From the NCBI GenBank assembly GCA_902764145.1, contig CACWUS010000003.1, positions 2,980 to 66,979 of the forward strand: 64,000 bases of DNA. Direction: 5' to 3'. The position numbers and the translations under genes were made by a program. This document shows, in pieces, positions 17,756 to 27,106 of the stretch. Position 1 is the first letter of the stretch. Each line of letters starts with the position of its first letter. The notes beneath the pieces were generated by a model. That model was not told the origin of the DNA and did no database searches. It was given only the letters and a program-made list of their open reading frames with translations. The DNA comes from an uncultured Erysipelotrichaceae bacterium. GTDB lineage: Bacteria; Bacillota_I; Bacilli_A; RF39; UBA660.

Positions 17756-18919
17756 CTATTGGGCAATTGGGAATTCTATTTTACCCATATGCTTATAATT
17801 TGATACTTTAACATCCTTTAATTCTTTTGAATTATCAAATTCAAAGAAATCTTTTACTTCGGGATTTAACCACATTTCTGGTTTAACTGGATCCATTATC
17901 ATATCCATAATTTTTAATTCTGTATCTAATGCTTTATATTCTTCGGATTTTTGATCTTCAATTTTACTCATTTTTTCAATAACTTCAGATTTTAGTTTAA
18001 CAAAATTCCTTATAGGCATATTAGATAATTTGTTATATCTATCTTCTCTTCTAATTTGTTCTTTTATTCCATCTACTTGATTTACATAAATATGTGCATC
18101 TTTAATTGAATGAGTATATGTTCCTGGTTTAAGACCTGTAACTTGAGCAATCATCATTAAAAATGTTGCATATTGTGTTACATTAAATGGAAGTCCAAGT
18201 GGAACATCACAACTTCTTTGATGAACAAGTAAATTTAATTTTCCATTAGATACATCCCATTCTGTTGACCAAACACATGATGGTAAAACTGCTGTTCTTA
18301 AAAATTCATTTTGCCATAATGAGAAAACCATTCTTCTATCAGTTGGATAATTCTTAATTGTATCAATCAAGTTTTTAGCATGTTGATATCTATTAGTAAT
18401 AAAACCATAAGCATCTCCAATTGTATAAGCATACTTTTTACCATACCATTTAGCCATCTTAATAGTTTTTCCTTCTATTAGACTTTTTGCTTTTAGTACA
18501 TTTCCATTTTTATCTTTTTTTACTTGAAATTCATGATTTCTTCCAAATGGATCATCAATTGGAACACTAAGTGGATCTATTACTTCTACTTCTTTATCTG
18601 GATCATATTCTCCATATGGTTCATAAATTCTGTATATACCATCTTCATCAACCATCCATTCATCCCAAATATGAACTCCTCTATCTTGTAAATCTTTAAC
18701 ATTATTACTTCCCATTTGCCAAATCCAAAGCATTTCAATAACTGCTTGTCTATGAAATAATTGCTTTGTGGTTAAAATTGGAAATTCTTTAGATAAATCA
18801 AAATGTAATTCATATGATGGTATCTTTATAGTATTGATACCAGTTCTATTTTCAACCTCTACTCCCTCACTTAATATTTTTCTGCATAACTTTAAGTATT
18901 CTTTATCCCATTCTGTCAT
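17756..18919 (-). CDS. thyA: thymidylate synthase (ThyA type) with two large insertions
   Basis: 387 aa with conserved blocks RTG, IWDEW, catalytic Cys in VLPSCVW, QRSCDVPLGLPFN and DAHIY. There are extra segments of about 70 aa after IWDEW and about 50 aa before the C-terminal block. Confidence 0.9.
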   Translation of the reverse strand: MTEWDKEYLKLCRKILSEGVEVENRTGINTIKIPSYELHFDLSKEFPILTTKQLFHRQAVIEMLWIWQMGSNNVKDLQDRGVHIWDEWMVDEDGIYRIYEPYGEYDPDKEVEVIDPLSVPIDDPFGRNHEFQVKKDKNGNVLKAKSLIEGKTIKMAKWYGKKYAYTIGDAYGFITNRYQHAKNLIDTIKNYPTDRRMVFSLWQNEFLRTAVLPSCVWSTEWDVSNGKLNLLVHQRSCDVPLGLPFNVTQYATFLMMIAQVTGLKPGTYTHSIKDAHIYVNQVDGIKEQIRREDRYNKLSNMPIRNFVKLKSEVIEKMSKIEDQKSEEYKALDTELKIMDMIMDPVKPEMWLNPEVKDFFEFDNSKELKDVKVSNYKHMGKIEFPIAQ

Positions 18920-18934
18920 TAATATTACCTCCTT

Positions 18935-19669
18935 TTAAAACCTTGTCATTTTTTTAATTCTAACACTTTTACTTTCTAAAAGTGTATCAACCACATTTTT
19001 AATTTCCTCTGATATTTCATCAATTGATTTAATATCAGATAATTCTTTATATTCACTAGTTTTAATACAATTTATATAATGCCAATTATACATTTTAGCT
19101 ATATCTACATATGTCTTTTCAGCATGTCTTAAATGACTCTCTGAGTTTTCATTTCCATCTCCAGCTTCTCTAGATTTTCTTAATTCTTTAGCGGCTTCAA
19201 ATGGCATATGTAAAAATATCACTTCATCTGGTCTAGGTAATTCGCATAAATCAAATTCTAATTTTTCGATAAATCTTAATATTTTGTTTCTCTCTTCTAC
19301 AGTCTTTGCTTTGCCTGCTTGATGTCCCATATTAGACATAGTATATCTATCTAAAATAATAATATCATTTTTATATATTTCATCTTCTATTTCTTTTAAA
19401 AAGTTATACCTTCTATCCGCAGCATAATACAAACTACTTACAAGAGGATCAACACCAGCTGAAGTTTCATCAAAATATGTATCTCCTATTTCTTTTTTTC
19501 CTAAATATGGTCCACCAACTATTTTACCAGTAGCCGAATTATATATAGGGAAAGAAAAACTTTTAACTTTTAAATTTTTACTTTCTAAATATTCTAATAA
19601 TTTTTTACTTTGTGTTTCTTTACCAGAACCATCTGTTCCTTCGATAACAAGTATTTTTGCTCTTTTCAT
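18935..19669 (-). CDS. tmk: dTMP (thymidylate) kinase family protein
   Basis: 244 aa with P-loop IEGTDGSGKETQ and DRY motif (LDRYTMS). It is the first gene of a tmk-thyA-folA operon. Confidence 0.8.
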   Translation of the reverse strand: MKRAKILVIEGTDGSGKETQSKKLLEYLESKNLKVKSFSFPIYNSATGKIVGGPYLGKKEIGDTYFDETSAGVDPLVSSLYYAADRRYNFLKEIEDEIYKNDIIILDRYTMSNMGHQAGKAKTVEERNKILRFIEKLEFDLCELPRPDEVIFLHMPFEAAKELRKSREAGDGNENSESHLRHAEKTYVDIAKMYNWHYINCIKTSEYKELSDIKSIDEISEEIKNVVDTLLESKSVRIKKMTRF

Positions 19670-19747
19670 TACACTCTCCTATAAAAAAATAACATGAGTA
19701 AAACATGTTAAATTTCATTAATTAACATTAATATTACCTCTATACTG

Positions 19748-19756
19748 ATTATAGCA
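19748..19756 (-). promoter_or_regulatory. extended -10 promoter element (TGCTATAAT) for tmk-thyA-folA
   Basis: The minus strand reads TGCTATAAT (19756..19748), about 75 nt upstream of the tmk ATG. Confidence 0.5.
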
Positions 19757-19793
19757 TAACTGTTTTTTGAATAAAATACCCAAACATTTTTTA

Positions 19794-19821
19794 TTGATAT
19801 TTTTTTTACATGTGGTATAAT
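19794..19821 (+). promoter_or_regulatory. sigma-A type promoter for the LRR-metallopeptidase / rnhC unit
   Basis: TTGATA (19794..19799), a 16-nt spacer and TGG-TATAAT (-10 at 19816..19821), followed by SD GAAGGGGA and the ATG at 19848. Confidence 0.65.
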
Positions 19822-19847
19822 ACTCTTCATATTTGAAGGGGATTGAA

Positions 19848-21059
19848 ATGAATAAACTAATTCAAAAATACAAAGAATTAACAAACAAATATAATTATCT
19901 ATGTTTTAAAATTAAAGGCGATAAAAAATTTACTCTAGGAATTGTATCTAATAATGGGCCTATAATTATTGAACTTGATAATAAGTATTATGATATGTTT
20001 AATGTTAAAAGAGTATATGATTTAAATAATTTTGATAATATAATACCTGCTAATAAAAGCGTACTTGATTTAACTAATTTTGATAATGTGTCTTATTTTA
20101 TAATTAGAAATAATACACTATATGATTACTATGGTAATTTAGAAACAGTAATAGTACCAAATACCGTTTTAAAAATTGGATATGAAGCATTTAAAGACAA
20201 TATATTTATTAAAAATGTAATCGCAGAAAACACAACAGAAATAGTTCATTATGCATTTAGAAATAATCCTAATTTAATGTCTCTTTATGTTCCTAATTGT
20301 ACTTGGATTGGTAATATATTAAATTGTCCAAATTTAAAAGATTATACATTATCTGGATTTATATGTGGATTTATAAATGAAGATAATAAATATGAAAACT
20401 CAACTATCACAATAGGAATGACTTCTTATACTTTTGATAGTAGTATTGAAGAAGAATTTATGAAAAAATTTAGTGTTATTAAAGATAATCCAAATGAACA
20501 AATACAACTTGTTAAATTAAGTAAAAATGAAAGATTATTTAGAAGTGTAAATAATGATAAAAGAAATCAAACAATAATTGCTCTTGCTAATACTGAAAGA
20601 CTTTTTTCTTCTCTTCCTGATACAATTAAAGATATTTTTTATATGACTAATCATGAATTATATATAGTAGATTGTCTTCCAGAAGCAGGATGGTACATAG
20701 AAGAAGATAAAAGTATTATATTAAGAGAAGATGGTATATTATTATCTTTTTATCATGAATTTGGTCATATGATAGATGCATATTTAAATCATATTAGTTC
20801 AACAGAAGATTTCATTAGAATTTATAAAATGGAAGCCAATAATTTATATAAAAGTGATAATAGTTCATTAAGGTATAAACTATTTGATCACTGTACCAAA
20901 GATGAACATGAATACTTTGCAGAATCAATACAAAGATATTTAAGAAAAGATGAAAGTTTTCTATTAGATTGCCCTAATACTTATAACTTCATAAAAGAAA
21001 TATTTAAAGAACTTGAAAATAATCATAATTATAATTATTTACTTAAATTAGATAAATAA
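19848..21059 (+). CDS. BspA-type leucine-rich-repeat domain fused to an M34-like (anthrax lethal factor / PPEP-type) zinc metallopeptidase domain
   Basis: I place the start at ATG 19848 (MNKLIQ...). The N-terminal half has LRR_5-like repeats (VIVPNTVLKIGYEAFKDNIFIKNVIAENTTEIVHYAFRNNPNLMSLYVPN). The C-terminal part has HEFGHMID followed about 50 aa later by EHEYFAESI, matching the HExxH...E-x-FAE arrangement of lethal-factor/Pro-Pro-endopeptidase domains. No signal peptide. Confidence 0.6.
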   Translation: MNKLIQKYKELTNKYNYLCFKIKGDKKFTLGIVSNNGPIIIELDNKYYDMFNVKRVYDLNNFDNIIPANKSVLDLTNFDNVSYFIIRNNTLYDYYGNLETVIVPNTVLKIGYEAFKDNIFIKNVIAENTTEIVHYAFRNNPNLMSLYVPNCTWIGNILNCPNLKDYTLSGFICGFINEDNKYENSTITIGMTSYTFDSSIEEEFMKKFSVIKDNPNEQIQLVKLSKNERLFRSVNNDKRNQTIIALANTERLFSSLPDTIKDIFYMTNHELYIVDCLPEAGWYIEEDKSIILREDGILLSFYHEFGHMIDAYLNHISSTEDFIRIYKMEANNLYKSDNSSLRYKLFDHCTKDEHEYFAESIQRYLRKDESFLLDCPNTYNFIKEIFKELENNHNYNYLLKLDK

Positions 21060-21092
21060 TTATGATAGAATATATTTAGGATGTGAATAAAA

Positions 21093-22025
21093 ATGGACAA
21101 ACAAAAAACAATTGTTTTTAAAGTAAGTGATAATATCAAAGAACAAATGATAGAACACTATAAAGATATGGTTACTGGTAAACCACCATATTCAATATTT
21201 CAAGTAAAAGAATATGACTGTGTTATTACTTTATATGAAAGTGGAAAAGTTATGTTTCAAGGAATTGGAGCTGACATAGAAGCAAACATGTGGAAAGATC
21301 TTGAAAGTCATTATAATAGTAGAAATATAGATGAAGAAATAAAACAAAAAGAAGAAAAAACAAATAATAAAGAATACTATTATTATGATGCTATTGGTAG
21401 TGATGAAGTTGGTACTGGAGATTATTTTGGACCAATTATAGTTACTGCTACTTTAGTAGATAAAAGTACAAGAAAACTACTTGAAGATTTAAAAATAATG
21501 GATTCTAAAAAAATGACAGATGATAAAATTAGAAGATGTGCTCCAATTATTATGAAAAAACTTCCTTACGTTACATTTACTCTATCTAATCAAAAGTATA
21601 ATGAACTATCTACTAAAGGATTTAATATGAATAAAATTAAAGCTATTCTTCATAATAAAGTACTTTATGAGCTTTCTAATAAAGGTATACCATATCACAA
21701 AATAATTGTTGACCAATTTACAACTCCTAGAAGTTACTTTAGTTATTTAAAACAAGAAAATATAACAGAAAAAGTAACTAAAATAACATTTTTAACTAAA
21801 GGTGAAAGCGCTCATCTATCAGTAGCAGCTGCATCAGTAATAAGTAGATATTTATTTTTAGAAGAAATGGATAAATTATCAGAAAAATATAAAATTAATA
21901 TTTTAAAAGGTGCTAGTGATAAAGTAGATGATGTTGCTCGTCAAATAGTAAAAAAATATGGAAAAAATGAACTTAATAAAATTGCTAAATTAAACTTCAA
22001 AAATACAGAAAAGATTTTAAATTAA
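21093..22025 (+). CDS. rnhC: ribonuclease HIII
   Basis: 310 aa with an N-terminal TBP-like domain, then the RNase H catalytic block IGSDEVGTGDYFGPIIV, DSKKM and VDQF. Confidence 0.92.
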   Translation: MDKQKTIVFKVSDNIKEQMIEHYKDMVTGKPPYSIFQVKEYDCVITLYESGKVMFQGIGADIEANMWKDLESHYNSRNIDEEIKQKEEKTNNKEYYYYDAIGSDEVGTGDYFGPIIVTATLVDKSTRKLLEDLKIMDSKKMTDDKIRRCAPIIMKKLPYVTFTLSNQKYNELSTKGFNMNKIKAILHNKVLYELSNKGIPYHKIIVDQFTTPRSYFSYLKQENITEKVTKITFLTKGESAHLSVAAASVISRYLFLEEMDKLSEKYKINILKGASDKVDDVARQIVKKYGKNELNKIAKLNFKNTEKILN

Positions 22026-22111
22026 AATCTTTTTTATTTTCATAAAAATAAATTTTTCTTTATAAGCAATATATTTAATACTCAATTTTCTCTAAGAAAT
22101 AATTATTTTTT

Positions 22112-22151
22112 TATAATTAAAAACAGGCCTATTATTTAATTTTGCCTGTTT
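22112..22151 (-). terminator. rho-independent terminator ending the mutS operon transcript (possibly bidirectional for rnhC)
   Basis: Stem AAACAGGC (22121..22128) / GCCTGTTT (22144..22151) with a 15-nt loop. On the minus strand it is followed by TTTTTAATTATAAAAAAA. It lies about 150 nt downstream of the stop at 22302. Confidence 0.55.
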
Positions 22152-22185
22152 GACTCTAATTATTAAATATAGTATTTTAATTGTG

Positions 22186-22297
22186 CACTTAGTGGCAAGA
22201 ACTCTCATTTATTAAATTTATTTTCTTTTCTTTATTAATCATTTTATATTTATTTTTATTCTATCTACTACCCTACACTTAAGTTAGCCACTAAGTG
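22186..22297. repeat. 11-bp perfect inverted repeat (CACTTAGTGGC / GCCACTAAGTG) bracketing 90 nt of AT-rich DNA
   Basis: Left arm at 22186..22196 and right arm at 22287..22297. A third partial copy, CACTTAAG, lies at 22276..22283. Confidence 0.6.
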
Positions 22298-22301
22298 TTT
22301 T

Positions 22302-22886
22302 TTATTTTTTTAAACCAAGTTTAATAGTTTTATCTTCTATCTTCTCATTTAATTCATCTATTTTTCTATCATGTTTGTCATCATACATTGTATTAATACC
22401 TTTTATTCTTAAACTTGATCTTTCAATTTCATCTACCACTCTTTGATATATAGTATCATCTAAGTCATACAAGAATGATAATAATTCACAAATATCATAA
22501 TTACAAGCAGCTACCCTGCGAGCTTGTAATTTCTCAAGAGCTATATTTATTTTATTCATTATAACTTTTTGCTCTTTTAATTCTTTAGTAGCCTCATTTA
22601 TAAAACATATAATATGTTCTAATTCATAACCAACATTATTATTAATGATAGCACTAATATAATTAACAACAACTATTCTGATTTTAGCCCTATACAAGTT
22701 TTTAATAGCTTCATGTCTAATACTACTAACTGCATGATAATTATTCCATGTTGCATCAAAACTTTCATTAATTAAAGCTTCTTCTTTTTTTCTTTCTTCA
22801 AGTGCATCTTCAATAGTTTGAGTTTTTTCCATTTCCTCTTTAATAACTCTTTTTAACTCTTCTTCGTCTATTTTAATTTCTGCCAT
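22302..22886 (-). CDS. hypothetical coiled-coil protein (194 aa) co-transcribed with mutS
   Basis: SD GGGAGGG. The gene starts 17 nt after the mutS stop. It is highly charged and helical, with no TM and no recognised motif. It occupies the position usually held by mutL. Confidence 0.6.
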   Translation of the reverse strand: MAEIKIDEEELKRVIKEEMEKTQTIEDALEERKKEEALINESFDATWNNYHAVSSIRHEAIKNLYRAKIRIVVVNYISAIINNNVGYELEHIICFINEATKELKEQKVIMNKINIALEKLQARRVAACNYDICELLSFLYDLDDTIYQRVVDEIERSSLRIKGINTMYDDKHDRKIDELNEKIEDKTIKLGLKK

Positions 22887-22903
22887 TTTTTCCCTCCCAA
22901 ATA

Positions 22904-25426
22904 TTAAATCTTCTTTTTAATTTGATCTAATATATTAATTGCTTCAATAGGTGTTACTTCATAAGGATTAATAGTTTTAATATATTCTCTCAATTCATCA
23001 ACTTCATTATCAAAGTTTAGTGATAGTTGTTGTACTTTTCTTGTCTTTTTAGAATCTTTACTTTCATAGTATTCTAAAAGTTCATTAGCTCTAGTAATTA
23101 CACTTTCAGGAAGATTTGCAAGTTTAGCAACATTAATACCATAACTCTTATCTACTGGACCATCCATAACTTTATGTAAGAATGTAACATCTCCATTTTC
23201 TTCAGATACTTCCACATGTACATTTTTTACATCACTTAAATTATTTTCCATATCAGTTAGTTCATGATAGTGAGTTGAAAATAGAGTTTTGCATTTAATG
23301 TTTTTAGATATATATTCAATAATAGAACCAGCTAAACTCATACCATCATAAGTACTAGTACCACGACCAAGTTCATCAAATAAAATTAAGCTATTTTTAG
23401 TTGCATTTTTAAGAGCACTAGCGCTTTCTTTCATTTCAACCATAAACGTTGATTCTCCACCTACTAAATCATCACTAGCGCCAATTCTTGTAAATATTTT
23501 ATCAAATATTGGAATATTACATACTTTAGCTGGAACAAAAGAACCAATTTGATTAAGTATTGCTATTATACCAGTTTGCCTCATATATGTACTTTTACCA
23601 CTCATATTAGGCCCAGTTATTATTAATATATTTGTATTATTATCAAGTATTACATCATTATCAATATATTCTCCCTCAATAACACTTTCTACTACTGGAT
23701 GTCTTCCTCCTACAATTTCTACTATTCCATTTTCATTAATAGTTGGTTTAATAAAATTATGTTCTTCAGCAATTGTAGCAAAAGATTGCATTACATCTAA
23801 ATATGCTATTTGATATGAAACTCTTTGCAATGAAGAAATATATTTTTTAATTTCATCTTTAACATTACAAAACACTTCATATTCTAAATTATTTAATCTT
23901 TCTTCTGCATTTAATATCATATTTTCTTTTTCTTTTAAAAGAGGTGTTATATATCTTTCACAATTAGATAATGTTTGTTTTCTATCATATTGATATTCCT
24001 CTTTTACTAAAGATATTTGTCCTTTTGGAACTTCAATATAATATCCAAATACTTTATTAAATCCAACTTTAAGACCCTTAATACCAGTTCTTTCTTTCTC
24101 TTCACTTTCAAAATTTGAAATAAAATCTTTTCCATTAGTCTTAATACTTCTAAGTTCATCTATTTCAGGATTAAAACCATCTTTAATGATTCCACCTTCT
24201 TTAACACTTAGTGGAACTTCTTCTTTTATAGAAGACTCTATCAAATCTCTAATGTTATCAAATGTATCTAATTTCTCAAGACCTAAAGAAGTAATAATAC
24301 TATTTATATCAGGAAATACTTTTAAACTATTTTTAAGTTGAAGCATATCTCTTGCATTTAAAGTTGAACATGCTACCTTACCCGTTAATCGCTCTAAATC
24401 ATATATTTCATATAAGAATTCTCTAAGTTCACTTTTAAGTAAAAATTCATTAATTAATCTTTCAACTAAATTTTGTCTTTCTATAATTTCTTCTTTTCTA
24501 ATTGATGGACTAATTATAAAACTTTTTAAAAGTCTACTTCCCATAGCAGTTCTTGTTTTATCCATAAATCCAAGCAAACTATTTTGCCTATCTTTATTTC
24601 TTAGTGTTTCAACAAGTTCCAAATTCTTAATACATTCTTTATTTAACTCTAAGAATAACTTATTATCAATTATTTCTAAATGTTGTATATGACTTAAATC
24701 TTGTTTTAAAGAATTAACTAAATAATTTAATAATCTTGATGTAGTTCTAATTATCTTCTCATCATTTGTTCCCTCAAAAACATTATTGTTTTTATATACT
24801 TTATCATCATTATAAAAAGATACATAAATATTGTATGTATTTTTAAGTTTAGATAATATCTTATTATCAAAGTCATTATTTACTACTATTTCTTTTATGT
24901 TTAAATTTACAATATGACTAATTAGTTTTTCTTCATCATGAGAAATATAAGTAGAATATACTTTTCCACTCAAAACATCTGCATAAGACATAATATAAGT
25001 ATATTTATAGTCTTCAATAGTAGCTATATAATTGAAATCATTCTCACTTATCATATCTGTATTAGTGATTGTACCTGCGCTTACAATTTGTATTACTTCT
25101 CTTTTTACAATTCCTTTAGCAGTTTTAGGATCTTCCATTTGTTCACATATAGCTACTTTATATCCTTTTTCAATTAATTTTTCTAAATAAATATTAACTG
25201 CATGATGAGGAACTCCACACATAGGAATTCTTTCTTTAAGTCCTGCTTGTTTTCCTGTTAAAGTAAGTTCAAGTTCATGTGATGCAGTAATTGCATCATC
25301 AAAAAACATTTCATAGAAATCCCCTAGTCTATAAAATAAAATTACATCTTCATACTCACTCTTAGTCTTCATGTACTCACGCATCATTGGACTAACATCA
25401 TTTAAATCAATATCTTTTCTTTCCAT
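22904..25426 (-). CDS. mutS: DNA mismatch repair protein MutS
   Basis: 840 aa with the mismatch-binding GDFYEMF (Phe-x-Glu), Walker A GPNMSGKST and DELGRGTSTYDG. Confidence 0.96.
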   Translation of the reverse strand: MERKDIDLNDVSPMMREYMKTKSEYEDVILFYRLGDFYEMFFDDAITASHELELTLTGKQAGLKERIPMCGVPHHAVNIYLEKLIEKGYKVAICEQMEDPKTAKGIVKREVIQIVSAGTITNTDMISENDFNYIATIEDYKYTYIMSYADVLSGKVYSTYISHDEEKLISHIVNLNIKEIVVNNDFDNKILSKLKNTYNIYVSFYNDDKVYKNNNVFEGTNDEKIIRTTSRLLNYLVNSLKQDLSHIQHLEIIDNKLFLELNKECIKNLELVETLRNKDRQNSLLGFMDKTRTAMGSRLLKSFIISPSIRKEEIIERQNLVERLINEFLLKSELREFLYEIYDLERLTGKVACSTLNARDMLQLKNSLKVFPDINSIITSLGLEKLDTFDNIRDLIESSIKEEVPLSVKEGGIIKDGFNPEIDELRSIKTNGKDFISNFESEEKERTGIKGLKVGFNKVFGYYIEVPKGQISLVKEEYQYDRKQTLSNCERYITPLLKEKENMILNAEERLNNLEYEVFCNVKDEIKKYISSLQRVSYQIAYLDVMQSFATIAEEHNFIKPTINENGIVEIVGGRHPVVESVIEGEYIDNDVILDNNTNILIITGPNMSGKSTYMRQTGIIAILNQIGSFVPAKVCNIPIFDKIFTRIGASDDLVGGESTFMVEMKESASALKNATKNSLILFDELGRGTSTYDGMSLAGSIIEYISKNIKCKTLFSTHYHELTDMENNLSDVKNVHVEVSEENGDVTFLHKVMDGPVDKSYGINVAKLANLPESVITRANELLEYYESKDSKKTRKVQQLSLNFDNEVDELREYIKTINPYEVTPIEAINILDQIKKKI

Positions 25427-25472
25427 AGTTTCTATTATATTACAAAATAAAAAATAAATAAAAGAAAAATTA

Positions 25473-25503
25473 ATAAAAAAAGAAATTATTAATTAATTTC
25501 TTT
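25473..25503 (-). terminator. rho-independent terminator after the rel-dtd-M48 operon
   Basis: Stem AGAAATTA (25481..25488) / TAATTTCT (25494..25501) with a minus-strand T run (A7 at 25474..25480). Confidence 0.55.
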
Positions 25504-27089
25504 TAAAATCTACATAGAATTAAGAATATAGAAATAGCAAATAATATAAAGTACATAAATTTAGATAAGCTATATGTCCATATTTTTTTAACTTTACCAT
25601 CTACAGTATACTTATATATTTCTACATATGGTACAGGACTTCTTCTATACCATCCTTCAACCTCAACTTCTTTATCAAAGTATTCTTTTGATTTAAATAA
25701 AGCAAATATCTTATTAATAATATTTAATGGTTGATTATAATCTAAGAATATAATACCTGTTTTATCTTTAATAACAAAATCTTCATTAAATATACATCCT
25801 GGATTTCCTCTACCGATAATTGTGCCTTTAAGTGTACATGGAACTGAAGTAATATGTGATACTTTTACTTCACCAAGTAAATCTGAAACAGTTGTTTCTT
25901 TATATCCTTTTTTATGTGCTCTATTAAATTTAATATAACCAAATATTGTTGTTAATAAAAGCCCAATTCCAGTATACATAAAATTACCATCTTCAGTATT
26001 TATATTAATAAATAGGCATACAAGTGTTGCTATCAAGAATAATGCTGGTAAAAATGCTATAAATATTTCTAGTAAGAAATCATCAACATAACTTTCTTCT
26101 TTCTTTAAATCAAATACAATATATGGTTCTTGATTATATTTTGTAGATAATTTAGATAATGCTTGTAATCTTTTAGATATTAATGGATGTGTTGAATTAA
26201 ATTCAAACCATTTTGCCCATGGATTCCACATTTCCCATTTCATGGCGTTTTTAATTTTATCTTTTGAAACACCCTTCTCATCCATAGCTGATATTGTTAA
26301 AGACTTAGATGTTTTTGAATCAAAAATACCAAGTGCATTATTTTTATTTACATCATGTTTTTTATTACTTGAACTTTGTGTACTTAAACCAAATCCAACT
26401 TTAACTAATGCTTCTGCTAGAGCATTTGGACTTTTTATTTCATTAGCACTAAATTCATCTGCATAATATTCTCTTGTTCTAGATAACCATAGAATAATAT
26501 ATTGGCAAATGATATATAAAATATATGCAATATACCCCACTATTGCTGCTTTATTACTATCACTATCACCATCATTATTTCTAGTTAAAGCTTCATAAAC
26601 AGCATATAACACAAGAGGAACAATTTGAGCTGCAGTCATAAATAACATATCTCTATGAACAATATGTCCCATTTCATGACCAACAACAGCTTTTACTTCT
26701 TCTTCTTTTAATAATTCAAAAATACCTCTTGTTAAAATAATTCTTGCATCTTTTTTAGTTCTTCCATAAGTAAATGCATTAGGTGCTCCATCATCAATTA
26801 ATCCTATTTTAGGAAACTTAACATTATGTTTCTTACATTCTTCATCAATAAATACTCTTAAATATTCTGGTATTTCAGCATTCATTTTTGCTTTATAAAA
26901 CCATTTCATTGATAAATCAGTAAGCCATGGAGAAATTAAAAATTGAATTATAATTACAATTATACTTCCAATAATTGCATATAATACATCTCCTCCAAGT
27001 AATAAAACTGCCAAAATTACAACACCTGCTAAAAGTCCATAAAGACAAGTGATTGTAATCATTGAAATTCCAAATAATCCTTTTTTCAT
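25503..27089 (-). CDS. M48-family (HtpX-like) membrane zinc metallopeptidase with extended C-terminal region
   Basis: 528 aa with HEMGHIVHRD (HExxH) after N-terminal TMs and a downstream EYYADEF third-ligand region. It also has extra TMs and a beta-rich C-terminal part of about 150 aa. Confidence 0.8.
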   Translation of the reverse strand: MKKGLFGISMITITCLYGLLAGVVILAVLLLGGDVLYAIIGSIIVIIIQFLISPWLTDLSMKWFYKAKMNAEIPEYLRVFIDEECKKHNVKFPKIGLIDDGAPNAFTYGRTKKDARIILTRGIFELLKEEEVKAVVGHEMGHIVHRDMLFMTAAQIVPLVLYAVYEALTRNNDGDSDSNKAAIVGYIAYILYIICQYIILWLSRTREYYADEFSANEIKSPNALAEALVKVGFGLSTQSSSNKKHDVNKNNALGIFDSKTSKSLTISAMDEKGVSKDKIKNAMKWEMWNPWAKWFEFNSTHPLISKRLQALSKLSTKYNQEPYIVFDLKKEESYVDDFLLEIFIAFLPALFLIATLVCLFININTEDGNFMYTGIGLLLTTIFGYIKFNRAHKKGYKETTVSDLLGEVKVSHITSVPCTLKGTIIGRGNPGCIFNEDFVIKDKTGIIFLDYNQPLNIINKIFALFKSKEYFDKEVEVEGWYRRSPVPYVEIYKYTVDGKVKKIWTYSLSKFMYFILFAISIFLILCRF

Positions 27090-27106
27090 TTTTTCACTAC
27101 TCCTTA

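Noticed and set aside
19690-19710. Hairpin TAACATG-N7-CATGTTA followed by a T7 run in the tmk leader, as a possible transcription attenuator.
   Set aside because: It is only a 7-bp AT-rich stem, no alternative antiterminator structure is visible, and it could be fortuitous in this composition.
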